Shown piece by piece: positions 11,005 through 20,257 of a stretch of DNA of 64,000 nucleotides (positions within the stretch are counted from its first letter, which is position 1; each line of letters starts with the position of its first letter). A program made the position numbers and the translations under genes. The stretch comes from an uncultured Actinomycetes bacterium. Lineage in GTDB: Bacteria > Actinomycetota > UBA4738 > HRBIN12. The notes beneath the pieces were generated by a model. That model was not told the origin of the DNA, did not search any database, and was given only the letters and a program-made list of their open reading frames with translations. The stretch lies in NCBI GenBank assembly GCA_963821925.1, contig CAWGFO010000001.1, positions 449,707-513,706 of the forward strand, written 5' to 3'.

Positions 11005-11547
11005 ATGACCGGACGGTTGGACGGTCGCACGGTGGTGGTCCTCCTCGGCGACGGATTCGAGGACCTCGAGTTCTGGGTGCCGGTGATGCGGCTGCGGGAG
11101 GAAGGCGCCGTGGTGACGGTCGCGGGCCTGCAGCCGAAGACCCCCGTGACGGGTAAGAACGGCCTGGTGACGGAAGCCGACGTCGCGATCGACGACGTCG
11201 ACGCCGAAACGCTCGACGCCGTGCTCGTGCCGGGCGGCTGGGCACCCGACAAGCTGCGGCGGTACCCGTCGGTGACGTCGCTCGTGAAGCGGATGCACGA
11301 CCGCGGCGCGATCGTCGGGATGATCTGCCATGCAGGGCTCGTCGGCATCTCGGCCGGCATCGTCTCCGGGGGACGCGCCACCGGCAGCCTCGGGATCAAG
11401 GACGATCTCGTGAACGCGGGCGCGACGTGGGTCGACGAACCCGCCTTCCGCGACGGCCCGATCGTGTGGGGCCGGGTCGTGGAGGACATCCCCGACTTCT
11501 GCCGAGAGCTGGTCGCGGCGATCGAGTCGGCCCCCCGGGCGGGCTGA
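11005..11547 (+). CDS. DJ-1/PfpI family protein (class I glutamine amidotransferase-like)
   Basis: VVVLLGDGFEDLEFWVP...VPGGWAPDKLRR...MICHAG nucleophile elbow (Cys) typical of DJ-1/PfpI; SD GGAGGTGG upstream. Confidence 0.8.
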   Translation: MTGRLDGRTVVVLLGDGFEDLEFWVPVMRLREEGAVVTVAGLQPKTPVTGKNGLVTEADVAIDDVDAETLDAVLVPGGWAPDKLRRYPSVTSLVKRMHDRGAIVGMICHAGLVGISAGIVSGGRATGSLGIKDDLVNAGATWVDEPAFRDGPIVWGRVVEDIPDFCRELVAAIESAPRAG

Positions 11548-11637
11548 GGTCGGCAACGGAATCCATCTCCCGCTCGCGGGGGATGTGCGGGATGGCACGC
11601 CTCCGTGCGACGGGCGTGTTCGGTAGGCTCGACGCGT

Positions 11638-12558
11638 ATGCAGCCGCTCCGCGACACGATCCTCTGGGCCTCCGGGAACGCCACGCTGCGCACCCAGCTC
11701 CCGCGCCTGTGGTTCGTGCGGAAGACCGTCGAGAAGTTCATGCCGGGCCCCGAGGCCGACGACGCGCTCGCGGCCGCCCAGCGGCTCGGCGCCGACGGCC
11801 TCCCGACCACGTTCACCGTGCTCGGTGAGAACGTCACCGACCTGAGCCAGGCCACCGCCGCGACCGCCGAGTACCTGCGGCTGCTCGACCGGATCGCGGA
11901 GCTGGGCGTCGACAGCGAGGTCTCGGTCAAGCTCACCCAGCTCGGCTTCGACCTGGATCCCGAGCACACCGCCATGCAGGTCACGCGGCTCGCGGAACGC
12001 TCGAAGGCGCTCGGCAGGACCGTGTGGATCGACATCGAGTCCACCGGCTACGTCGACGGCACCCTGGATCTGTACGAGGGCCTCCTGAAGGACGGGCACG
12101 ACGTCGGCCTCTGCATCCAGGCGTACCTGAAGCGGACGTGGGACGACATCCAGCGGCTGTTGCCGCACCGCCCCTCGATCCGCCTCGTCAAGGGCGCCTA
12201 CAAGGAATCACCCGAGCTCGTGTTCGGCGACAAGCGGCTGATCGACGAGGCGTACCTGCGACTGGCGACGCACCTCGTGAACGACCCCGAGGGACGGGTC
12301 CGGCGCACGGTGCTGGGCACGCACGACACCGAGCTCGTCGACCGGATCGAACGCGCGCTGGGCGACGGCGCGAGGGATCGCTTCGAGCTCGCGATGCTCT
12401 ACGGGATCCGATCCGACGATCAGCTCCGCTACGCCCGCGACGGCTACACGATCCGCACCCTGATCTCCTACGGCGACTACTGGTACCCGTGGTTCATGCG
12501 GCGGATCGCCGAGAAGCCGGTCACGAACAGCCTCCTGGCCCTTCGGAACCTCGTATGA
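11638..12558 (+). CDS. proline dehydrogenase family protein (monofunctional PutA-like)
   Basis: (beta/alpha)8 ProDH signature incl. VWIDIESTGYVD, LCIQAYLKRT, IRLVKGAYKE, YGDYWYPWFMRRIAE; start may be GTG 11605 instead. Confidence 0.75.
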   Translation: MQPLRDTILWASGNATLRTQLPRLWFVRKTVEKFMPGPEADDALAAAQRLGADGLPTTFTVLGENVTDLSQATAATAEYLRLLDRIAELGVDSEVSVKLTQLGFDLDPEHTAMQVTRLAERSKALGRTVWIDIESTGYVDGTLDLYEGLLKDGHDVGLCIQAYLKRTWDDIQRLLPHRPSIRLVKGAYKESPELVFGDKRLIDEAYLRLATHLVNDPEGRVRRTVLGTHDTELVDRIERALGDGARDRFELAMLYGIRSDDQLRYARDGYTIRTLISYGDYWYPWFMRRIAEKPVTNSLLALRNLV

Positions 12559-13418
12559 CGCGCCTCCACGGGGCGATCGCCGCGTCGGTCACGCCCCTGA
12601 AGGATGGCGGCCGAACGCTCGACACGATGGCGTTCGCGCCGCTCACGGCGTTCCTGGCGGAGGGCGGCGTCGACGGCGTGCTCGCGTGCGGCACGACCGG
12701 GGAAGGCGTGCTGCTGAGCGTCGCGGAACGCCGGACCGCCACGGAGCTGTTCCTCGACAACCGGCCCGATGGGTTCCAGGTCGCGGTGCACGCCGGCGCG
12801 CAGACGACGGCGGACACGGTGGCCCTGGCCGCGCACGCGGTCGATGTCGGCGTCGACGCCGTCGCGGTGATCGCGCCGCCGTACTTCCCGCTGGATGACG
12901 AGGAGCTGCTCCGGCACCTGCGGAGCGCGGCGAACGCCGCCGACCCGCTCGCGTTCTACGTGTACGCATTCACCGGACGGAGCGGGTACGCGATCCCACC
13001 CTCGGTGGTGGAACGTCTGCGGGCCGAGGCGCCGAACGTCGTGGGCATGAAGGTCTCGGATTCGCCGTTCGAGGCGGTGCGCCCGTACCTGGGGCTCGGT
13101 CTCGACGTGTTCATCGGATCGGAACCACTTGCGCTCGAGGGCATGGCGGCCGGAGCGGTCGGGTGCGTGAGCGGACTCGCGGCGGCGTTCCCCGAGATCA
13201 CCGCCGCGCTCGTGCACGACCGGAGCGATGAGGCCCACCGGCAGGTGGGGACGCTGCGGGAGCGCCTCGTGGGGATCCCCTTCCACGCGGCGCTGAAAGA
13301 GGTGCTCGTCGTGCGCGACGTGCTGCTCCGCGCCGAGGTGCGTCCGCCCCTGCGTGGCCTCACGGATGACGAACGCGTGAAGGTGCTGGCGCTCGCGGCC
13401 GAGCTCGGGGCCGTCTGA
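12555..13418 (+). CDS. dihydrodipicolinate synthase/N-acetylneuraminate lyase family protein (class I aldolase, DapA/HOGA-like)
   Basis: AASVTPLKDGGR...GVDGVLACGTTGEGVLLS motif of DapA family; ATG overlaps previous stop (ATGA); the 464-aa ORF-track call includes an antisense-type N-terminus. Confidence 0.75.
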   Translation: MTRLHGAIAASVTPLKDGGRTLDTMAFAPLTAFLAEGGVDGVLACGTTGEGVLLSVAERRTATELFLDNRPDGFQVAVHAGAQTTADTVALAAHAVDVGVDAVAVIAPPYFPLDDEELLRHLRSAANAADPLAFYVYAFTGRSGYAIPPSVVERLRAEAPNVVGMKVSDSPFEAVRPYLGLGLDVFIGSEPLALEGMAAGAVGCVSGLAAAFPEITAALVHDRSDEAHRQVGTLRERLVGIPFHAALKEVLVVRDVLLRAEVRPPLRGLTDDERVKVLALAAELGAV

Positions 13419-13729
13419 CCGCCTCGACTTGACGCCGCGCGCGGCAGCGGCCTACCCTTCGCACCTGCAAATCCCACCTCCACGGTGGAGATTCGCCGAT
13501 CCGGGGCGCGAACGCTCCGGCGACACGTTCGAGTAGGGGTACCGGACGATGATCCGTACACGCACGGCCGGCGAAGTGGGCGCGATGATCCCCTCGCGTC
13601 TGTGTGCCATCGCCCCGCTCGGCGTGCGGCCCTAGCCCCCACCCATCCCCCTCTCGGCCCGCCGCACGACCCGCGCGACGAGCCTCGTCGTGCGTTCCCG
13701 TTCCCTTCCAACGTGAGGACCGTTCGACG

Positions 13730-15448
13730 ATGAGCGACATCACCGTTCCCCGCACCGCCACCCCGCGCCGCCGCGGCGAGGGGCAGTGGGGCCTGGGCTA
13801 CCGCGAGCCGCTCAACCCGGCCGAACAGATCAAGAAGGAAGACGACGGGCTGAACGTCCGCGACCGCGTCGAGCGGATCTTCGCGCCCGGTGGGTTCCGC
13901 TCGATCGGCAAGCAGGACCTGCGCAACCGCCTCCGGTGGTGGGGCCTCTACACGCAGCGCGCCCAGGGCGTGCCCGGCGAGCGCACCGGGAGCGCCGAGC
14001 CCGAGGAGCTCGAGGACGAGTTCTTCATGCTGCGGATCCGGATCGACGGTGGACGGATGACCGCCGACCAGCTCCGCGCGATCGCGTGGGTGAGCGAGCG
14101 GTTCGGGCGCGACGTCGCCGACGTCACCGACCGACAGAACGTGCAGCTCCACTGGATCCGGATCGAGGACATGCCCGCGATCTGGGAACGGATCGAGGCC
14201 GTCGGGCTCACGACGCAGGAGGCCTGCGGTGACACCCCGCGCGTGATCCTGGGGTGCCCGCTTGCCGGCGTCACCGGCGACGAACTGCTGGATGCGACCC
14301 CCGCGATCCGGGCCGTGGCCGAGCGCTACGTCGGTGACCCCGCGTTCTCGAACCTGCCGCGCAAGTTCAAGACCTCGATCAGCGGCTGCCGCGCGGGTTG
14401 CACGAACCACGAGATCAACGACGTGTCGTTCGTGGGGGTGTTGCATCCCGAGCTCGGTCCCGGTTACGACCTGCAGGTCGGTGGCGGCCTCTCGACGAAC
14501 CCGATGTTCGCGCAGCGGCTCGGCGCATTCGTCGAGCCCGAACGCGTGGCCGAGGTGTGGGCGAGCGTCGCGACGCTCTTCCGCGAGTACGGCTACCGGC
14601 GGTCGCGGAACCACGCCCGGCTCAAGTTCCTCGTGAAGGACTGGGGCGCCGCCAGGCTCCGCGAGGTCCTGGAGCGAGGGTTCCTCGAGGCGCCGCTGCC
14701 CGACGGGCCCGCGCCGGGCACCCTGCCGATCGCGCTTCGCGACCATGTCGGCGTGCGGCCGCAGCACGACGGGCGGGTCTCGGTGGGCTTCGCGGCGCGC
14801 GCCGGGCGGATCGCCGGGCACCAGCTGCGGCTCGTCGCCGACCTCGCGGACCGGTTCGGCGACGGCCGTATTGCGCTCACGGCCCAGCAGAAGCTGGTGA
14901 TCCCGGGTGTGGACGTCGCCTTCGTGGACGACCTCGTCGGGGAGCTCGACGCGCTCGACCTGCCTGCCCGCCCGAGCGCGTTCCGCAAGGGGACGATGGC
15001 CTGCACCGGCATCGAGTTCTGCAAGCTCGCGATCGGCGAGACGAAGGGGCGCGCGCAGTGGCTGTACGCCGAGCTCGAGGAGCGCCTCCCCGGGTTCGAC
15101 GAGGACCTGCGGATCCACGTGAACGGCTGCCCGAACTCGTGCGCGCGGTTCCAGGTCGCCGACATCGGGCTGATGGCCGCCCTGCAGCCTCGGCCCGACG
15201 GCTCGAAGTCCGACGCGTTCCTCGTGCACCTGGGGGGCACGATGGGCGAAGGTGCCGCGTTCGGCCGCAAGGTCAAGGGCGTGAAGATCTACGCCGAGGA
15301 CGCGGCCGACTACCTGGAGCTGCTGCTCCGCCGGTACCTCCGTGCCAAACAGGGTGGCGACACGTTCACCTCGTTCGTCGGGCGACTCGACGCGGACGAG
15401 CTGGCACGGTTCGCGGCGCCACCGATCGCCCACGGGGAGCTGCGATGA
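13730..15448 (+). CDS. sirA: ferredoxin-dependent sulfite (nitrite-like) reductase hemoprotein
   Basis: Two nitrite/sulfite reductase ferredoxin-like half-domains with siroheme/Fe-S Cys clusters (ACGDTPRV...SGCRAGC and CTGIEFCK...GCPNSCAR); similar to mycobacterial SirA/NirA. Confidence 0.85.
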   Translation: MSDITVPRTATPRRRGEGQWGLGYREPLNPAEQIKKEDDGLNVRDRVERIFAPGGFRSIGKQDLRNRLRWWGLYTQRAQGVPGERTGSAEPEELEDEFFMLRIRIDGGRMTADQLRAIAWVSERFGRDVADVTDRQNVQLHWIRIEDMPAIWERIEAVGLTTQEACGDTPRVILGCPLAGVTGDELLDATPAIRAVAERYVGDPAFSNLPRKFKTSISGCRAGCTNHEINDVSFVGVLHPELGPGYDLQVGGGLSTNPMFAQRLGAFVEPERVAEVWASVATLFREYGYRRSRNHARLKFLVKDWGAARLREVLERGFLEAPLPDGPAPGTLPIALRDHVGVRPQHDGRVSVGFAARAGRIAGHQLRLVADLADRFGDGRIALTAQQKLVIPGVDVAFVDDLVGELDALDLPARPSAFRKGTMACTGIEFCKLAIGETKGRAQWLYAELEERLPGFDEDLRIHVNGCPNSCARFQVADIGLMAALQPRPDGSKSDAFLVHLGGTMGEGAAFGRKVKGVKIYAEDAADYLELLLRRYLRAKQGGDTFTSFVGRLDADELARFAAPPIAHGELR

Positions 15449-15588
15449 GCAGCGCGCGCGCCGTCCCGTTCTACTGCCCGTTCTGCGGCGAGCAGGACCT
15501 GCGTCCCGCCGACCCCGCCGGCTGGCGCTGCGGATCGTGCGACCGCACGTTCGAACTCTCGATCACGTCGCTGGGAGGTGAGCGTTGA
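15445..15588 (+). CDS. small Zn-ribbon protein (47 aa, CPFCG...CGSCD)
   Basis: ATG overlaps sirA stop (ATGA) and its stop overlaps cysH start; two CxxC pairs; high GC3. Confidence 0.45.
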   Translation: MSSARAVPFYCPFCGEQDLRPADPAGWRCGSCDRTFELSITSLGGER

Positions 15589-16406
15589 TGGCCGACGCCG
15601 ACCCGCACGCGCCGTGGCACGAGCCCGCGGTCCCCGTCCTCGAGGAGGAGGCCGCCTGGGTGCACGAGGCCGCCGAACGGTTCGAGCACGCGCGCGGCGA
15701 GCACATCCTCGCGTGGGCGCTCGACCGGTTCCACCCGCGGATGGCGATCAGCGCGGCCGGCGGCGTCGACGGCATGGTGCTGATCGACATGGCGTGGCGG
15801 ATCGATCCGAGCGTCCGCGTGTTCACGCTCGACACGGGACGGCTGCCGCCCGAGACCTACACGCTCTTCGAGGAGGTCCGCGAGCGCTACGGCATCTCCG
15901 TCGAGTTCGAGTACCCGGACACGGCCGAGGTCGCGACCCTCGTGAACCGCGAAGGCCCGAACCTGATGTACCGCGGCGTCGACCTTCGGCTCGCGTGCTG
16001 CACCGTCCGCAAGGTGGAACCGCTGACGCGGAAGCTCGCGACGCTCGATGCGTGGGTCGCCGGCCTCCGGCGCGAGCAGTGGGCGAGCCGCACGAACATC
16101 GCGAAGGTCGAGTTCGACCGGGACCACGGCGGGATCGTGAAGCTGAACCCCCTCGCGGACTGGACCCTCGACCAGGTGTGGGCGTACGTGCGCGAGCACG
16201 AGGTCCCGTACCACGAGTTGTTCGACCACGGGTACGCGTCGATCGGCTGCGCGCCTTGCACGCGCCCGATCGTGCCCGGCGAGTCGGAGCGCGCGGGCCG
16301 CTGGTGGTGGGAGGAAGACACGGCGAAGGAGTGCGGGATCCACTGCAGCGTCGAGCTCGTCGGGACGAGGTCGGATCGCGAGAAGACCGAGGAAGGGGTG
16401 CGTTGA
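15588..16406 (+). CDS. cysH: phosphoadenosine/adenosine phosphosulfate reductase (Fe-S type)
   Basis: PAPS-reductase fold motifs (MAISAAGGVDGMVLIDM, CC..RKVEPL, KECGIH C-terminal Fe-S/redox motif). Confidence 0.85.
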   Translation: MADADPHAPWHEPAVPVLEEEAAWVHEAAERFEHARGEHILAWALDRFHPRMAISAAGGVDGMVLIDMAWRIDPSVRVFTLDTGRLPPETYTLFEEVRERYGISVEFEYPDTAEVATLVNREGPNLMYRGVDLRLACCTVRKVEPLTRKLATLDAWVAGLRREQWASRTNIAKVEFDRDHGGIVKLNPLADWTLDQVWAYVREHEVPYHELFDHGYASIGCAPCTRPIVPGESERAGRWWWEEDTAKECGIHCSVELVGTRSDREKTEEGVR

Positions 16407-17056
16407 TGCCGTTCGGCTACCCGGTGATGCTGGAGCTCTCCGGTCGGCACGTCGTGGTGATCGGCGACGATGCCGTGCGCGAGGGCAAGGTCGACGGCCT
16501 GCTCGCCGCGGGCGCCGACGACGTCCTGGTGGTCGCCGAAGGGCCCGCCGCGCGGCTCGACGAGCTCGGGACGCTCGACGGCGTCGTGGTCGAGCGCCGC
16601 CGCTGGCGGGCCGACGACCTGCGCGGGGGCTTCCTGTGCGTGGCGGCGAGCCGCGATCCCGGCGAACGGGCCGCGATCGCGCGCGAGGCGCGGGCCCGTC
16701 GCGTGCTCGTGAACGTGATGGACGACATCCGGGCCTGTGACTGGGCCGCGCCGGCGCTCGTGCGCCGCGGCGAGCTGGTCCTCGCGATCTCGACGGGCGG
16801 CGCCGCTCCCGCGCTCGCGAAACGCCTGCGGGAGCAGCTCACCGATACCTTCGGCGAGGAATGGTCGGAGGTGCTCGCGGTCGTCCGCGCGGTGCGCGAA
16901 GAGACGCTGGCGCTCCTGCCGGACTTCGCCACGCGCGCGCGCCGGTGGAGCGAGGCGCTCGACGTCGAGGAAGCGGCGGCGCTGGTCCGGGGCGGGCGCG
17001 CCGACGAGCTGGCCGCTCGACTGCGAGCGCGGCTGCTCGACGGGGTGACCACATGA
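16406..17056 (+). CDS. precorrin-2 dehydrogenase / sirohydrochlorin ferrochelatase (CysG N-terminal-domain-like, SirC/Met8 type)
   Basis: NAD-binding VVVIGDDAVREGKVDGLLAAGADDVLVV Rossmann start and LAISTGGAAPALAKRLRE motif of siroheme synthase N-domain. Confidence 0.7.
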   Translation: MPFGYPVMLELSGRHVVVIGDDAVREGKVDGLLAAGADDVLVVAEGPAARLDELGTLDGVVVERRRWRADDLRGGFLCVAASRDPGERAAIAREARARRVLVNVMDDIRACDWAAPALVRRGELVLAISTGGAAPALAKRLREQLTDTFGEEWSEVLAVVRAVREETLALLPDFATRARRWSEALDVEEAAALVRGGRADELAARLRARLLDGVTT

Positions 17057-17844
17057 CCGCGGGTCGCGTGATCCTGGTGGGCGCCGGACCCGGCGATCCG
17101 AAGCTGATCACCGTTCGAGGAGCCGAGGCGCTCGCCGTGGCCGACGTCGTCGTCTTCGACCGGCTCGCGTCGCCGGCCCTGCTGGACCTCGCCCCGGCAG
17201 CCGCGGAGCGCGTCTACGCGGGCAAGGAGCCGGGGCGGTCGGCCATGACGCAGGCCTCGATCGATGCGCTGCTCGTGGACCGCGCCCGGCGCGGGGCCAC
17301 CGTCGTCCGCCTCAAGGGGGGCGACCCGTTCGTCTTCGGGCGAGGCGGCGAGGAGGCGCTGGCCTGCGCTCGTGCCGGCGTCCCGTGCGACGTCGTGCCC
17401 GGGGTGACGAGCGCCGTCGCCGCGCCCGCGCTCGCCGGGATCCCCGTGACCCACCGCGACGTGGCGCGATCGTTCGCGGTCGTGACCGGCTCGACCGCGC
17501 ACGGCGACGGGGTCGACCTCGCCGCCCTCGCGACCGCCACGGATACGCTGGTGGTGCTGATGGCCGCCGGGAAGCTCGCCGAGACGTGCGCGGCGCTGAT
17601 CGAAGGCGGACGGAACGCCGATGAGCCCGCCGCGATCGTCCAGTGGGCGGGGACGCCAGAGCAGCGCTCCGTGGTGGGCACGCTGAAGGATCTTCCCGGC
17701 CTCGCCGCAGCCGTCTCGATCGGACCGCCGGCCACGGTCGTCGTGGGCGCGGTGGCGGCGTTGGCCCTGGAGCTGGCGCCCGCGACGCCCGGCCGGGGCC
17801 GCCGCCATCACCCGCTGAGCCGGCGATCGCGTCCCTCACGCTAG
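17053..17844 (+). CDS. cobA: uroporphyrinogen-III C-methyltransferase
   Basis: VILVGAGPGDPKLITVRG...VVRLKGGDPFVFGRGGEE...VPGVTSA motifs of SUMT; ATG overlaps previous stop. Confidence 0.85.
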   Translation: MTAGRVILVGAGPGDPKLITVRGAEALAVADVVVFDRLASPALLDLAPAAAERVYAGKEPGRSAMTQASIDALLVDRARRGATVVRLKGGDPFVFGRGGEEALACARAGVPCDVVPGVTSAVAAPALAGIPVTHRDVARSFAVVTGSTAHGDGVDLAALATATDTLVVLMAAGKLAETCAALIEGGRNADEPAAIVQWAGTPEQRSVVGTLKDLPGLAAAVSIGPPATVVVGAVAALALELAPATPGRGRRHHPLSRRSRPSR

Positions 17845-17854
17845 GGTTGCCGGT

Positions 17855-18943
17855 GTGAGCGAGCCCGTTCCGGTCCCGACCCCCGCCGAGGTCGCCGAGG
17901 TCGAGCGCCTCGAACAGCGCAGCGGGAAAGAGATCCTCAAGGCGATCTGGCCACGCCTGCTGTTCCTCGCGGCCGCGGGGACCGCCCTGTACATCCTGTG
18001 GCCGAGCCTGATCTCGGTGTTCCGTTCGTGGCCCGAGCTCCTGAAGCTGAACCCCGCGTGGTACCCGGTGATGCTCGCCCTCGAGACCGCGAGCTTCATG
18101 TGCGCGTGGGGGCTGCAACGGGTGGCCCTCCGCACGAACCGATGGTTCGCGGTGGCAACCTCCCAGCTCGGCGGGAACGCCGTGAGCCGGATCGTCCCGG
18201 GCGGCGCGGCCGCGGGCGGCGCGATGCAGTTCAAGATGCTCTCCGACGCCGGGGTCGAGACCGCGACGATCGGGTCCGGACTGACGGTGGCATCGCTGAT
18301 CAGCACGGGCGCGCTCTTCGCGCTGCCGATCCTCTCGGTGCCGGCCGCGCTCGCGGGACGCCCGGTGCCCTCCGGGCTCGCGCAGGCGGCTTGGCTGGGC
18401 GGGCTGCTGTTCGTGATCGGGTTCGTCGCCGGGTGGGTGCTCTACCGGCGCGAAGGTGCGCTCCGGATGGTGGGCCGCTGGATCCAGTGGGTCCGGAACC
18501 GTCTGCTGCGCAAGCGCGCGCCGCGCCACGATCTGCCCGACCTCCTCGTGCGCGAGCGCAACGAGATCGGCGACGCCCTCGAGGATTCGTGGTGGAAGGC
18601 CCTGCTCTACGCCTCGGGGAACTGGCTCTTCGACTACCTGGCGCTGCTCGCGGCGCTCGCGGCGGCCGGCGCGAGCCCCCGTCCCACGTTGGTCCTCCTC
18701 GCGTACTCGGCCTCGATGGTCCTGGCGATGATCCCGATCACGCCGGGCGGGCTCGGGTTCGTGGAGGCGGGGCTGACGGGACTGCTCGCGGCGGCCGGGG
18801 TGAACGCGGGTCAGGCGGCGCTCGCCACGTTGACGTACCGGCTGGTCTCGTACTGGCTGCCGCTGCCGCTGGGCGGCGCCGCGATCGTGGCGCATCGCCG
18901 GCGGTACGCGCGACGCTCGGGGGGAGCGGTCGCTGAAGGTTAG
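17855..18943 (+). CDS. lysylphosphatidylglycerol-synthase-like transmembrane (flippase-like, UPF0104) protein
   Basis: ~8 predicted TM helices, conserved GG..R motifs typical of UPF0104/MprF TM domain; no C-terminal aminoacyl-transferase domain. Confidence 0.65.
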   Translation: MSEPVPVPTPAEVAEVERLEQRSGKEILKAIWPRLLFLAAAGTALYILWPSLISVFRSWPELLKLNPAWYPVMLALETASFMCAWGLQRVALRTNRWFAVATSQLGGNAVSRIVPGGAAAGGAMQFKMLSDAGVETATIGSGLTVASLISTGALFALPILSVPAALAGRPVPSGLAQAAWLGGLLFVIGFVAGWVLYRREGALRMVGRWIQWVRNRLLRKRAPRHDLPDLLVRERNEIGDALEDSWWKALLYASGNWLFDYLALLAALAAAGASPRPTLVLLAYSASMVLAMIPITPGGLGFVEAGLTGLLAAAGVNAGQAALATLTYRLVSYWLPLPLGGAAIVAHRRRYARRSGGAVAEG

Positions 18944-19007
18944 GTCGGCAGCGATCCACGGGCCTTGAGGGGCCGAAGGGCTCGATCTTCGGACCGGGGA
19001 GCGGCTG

Positions 19008-19730
19008 CTAGAGGACGCGCGCAGGGAGGAGCGCCAGCAGCTCCCGGAGATCGCCGATCACCGGGCCGTCCCACGCGTCGCGTTCGGGCGTGAGCAGCCC
19101 CTCCTGGTCGAGCGACGGATCGCGGATCAGGTACGGCGTCATGCCGACGGCGGCGGCCCCGGTGAGCTCGCCGTAGGCTCCGTCTCCGCAGTACAGACAC
19201 GCCTCGGGCGCGACCCCGAGCCCGTCCGTGGCCGCGAGGTAGATCGCGGGGTCCGGCTTGCGCAAGCCGACCTCGCTCGAGAAGACGGTGACCTCCACGA
19301 ACGGCGCGAGCGGCAGCCTGCGCCACCGAGCCGGGATGTCCGGTGCGCACACGCTCACGAGCGCGATCGGGTAGCCGCGTGTGCGGAGCTCCGTGAGCGT
19401 CTCGAGGGCCCCTTCCCGCGGATGGAACCCCCGTTCGTACATCGCGTCGCGCGGCCCCAGTGCGCGGTCGATCTCGGCGTCGCCGGCACGGACGCCGATG
19501 GCGTCGCAGATCGCAAGGACGTTGGATCGCATGTCGGGGAACCCGCCCGCCTGGCGAGCCGGGGCCGTGCGGTCGAACTCGGCCCGGAACGCCACCGGGT
19601 CGGCGGCGAGCGCTCGGGCGGCGGCATCGACGGTGCCGTAGAACTCGGCCTTCGTGTACTCGGGGACGAGCGTGCCGAACAGATCGAAGACGACCGCCTC
19701 GAACGGACCGCCGGTCACGCCGTCGGCCAC
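19008..19730 (-). CDS. HAD-superfamily hydrolase
   Basis: DxDGTL-type motif I (VVFDLFGTLV) and C-terminal GDG..D motif (CGDGAYGELTGA). Confidence 0.7.
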   Translation of the reverse strand: MADGVTGGPFEAVVFDLFGTLVPEYTKAEFYGTVDAAARALAADPVAFRAEFDRTAPARQAGGFPDMRSNVLAICDAIGVRAGDAEIDRALGPRDAMYERGFHPREGALETLTELRTRGYPIALVSVCAPDIPARWRRLPLAPFVEVTVFSSEVGLRKPDPAIYLAATDGLGVAPEACLYCGDGAYGELTGAAAVGMTPYLIRDPSLDQEGLLTPERDAWDGPVIGDLRELLALLPARVL

Positions 19731-20257
19731 TCATGCTCGAGGACGGAGAACACCACCATGTCGTGGTAGCCCTCGGGCGAACGCTCGGCCTCCCGGAGCA
19801 CGGCCTCGCGGGTCATCCCGAGACGCTCAGCCACGGCCAGACTGCGCACGTTCGTCATGGCCGCATGCAGCGAAACGCGGTGCAAGCCGAACGCCCGGAA
19901 GGCCTCGTCGATGAACCGACGACAACCGCGCGTCACGATGCCGCGGCCCTCGTGACGGCCGTCGATCCAATAGCCGATCTCCGCGGCGTTCGCGAGCGTG
20001 TCGATCCTCATCCCCACCGTGCCGGCCAGCTCACCGTCCACCCAGATGCCGTTCGCCTCGGCGTCGGACGAGGAGGCACGGGCACGCTCGATGAAGTCGC
20101 GGATGTCGTCGGGCGAGCGCGTGCCGTCCTCCCACGGCATCCAGGGGCGGAGTCGGTCGCGGTTCGCCTCGACGACCGCGAACAGGGCCTCCGCGTCGCC
20201 CGGATCGAGCGACCGGATCCGGACGCCGTCGCCCAGGTCGAAGTCGATCCGGATCAC
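19715..20257 (-). CDS. GNAT family N-acetyltransferase (RimJ/RimL-like)
   Basis: Acetyl-CoA binding motif region (EIGYWIDGRHEGRGIVTRG...FGLHRVSLHAAMTNVRSLAVAERLGM). Confidence 0.75.
   Translation of the reverse strand: MIRIDFDLGDGVRIRSLDPGDAEALFAVVEANRDRLRPWMPWEDGTRSPDDIRDFIERARASSSDAEANGIWVDGELAGTVGMRIDTLANAAEIGYWIDGRHEGRGIVTRGCRRFIDEAFRAFGLHRVSLHAAMTNVRSLAVAERLGMTREAVLREAERSPEGYHDMVVFSVLEHEWPTA

Noticed and set aside
15578-16405. N-terminal part of the 492-aa ORF 15578..17056
   Set aside because: Overlaps cysH in another frame; the real gene (sirC-like) starts at ATG 16406.
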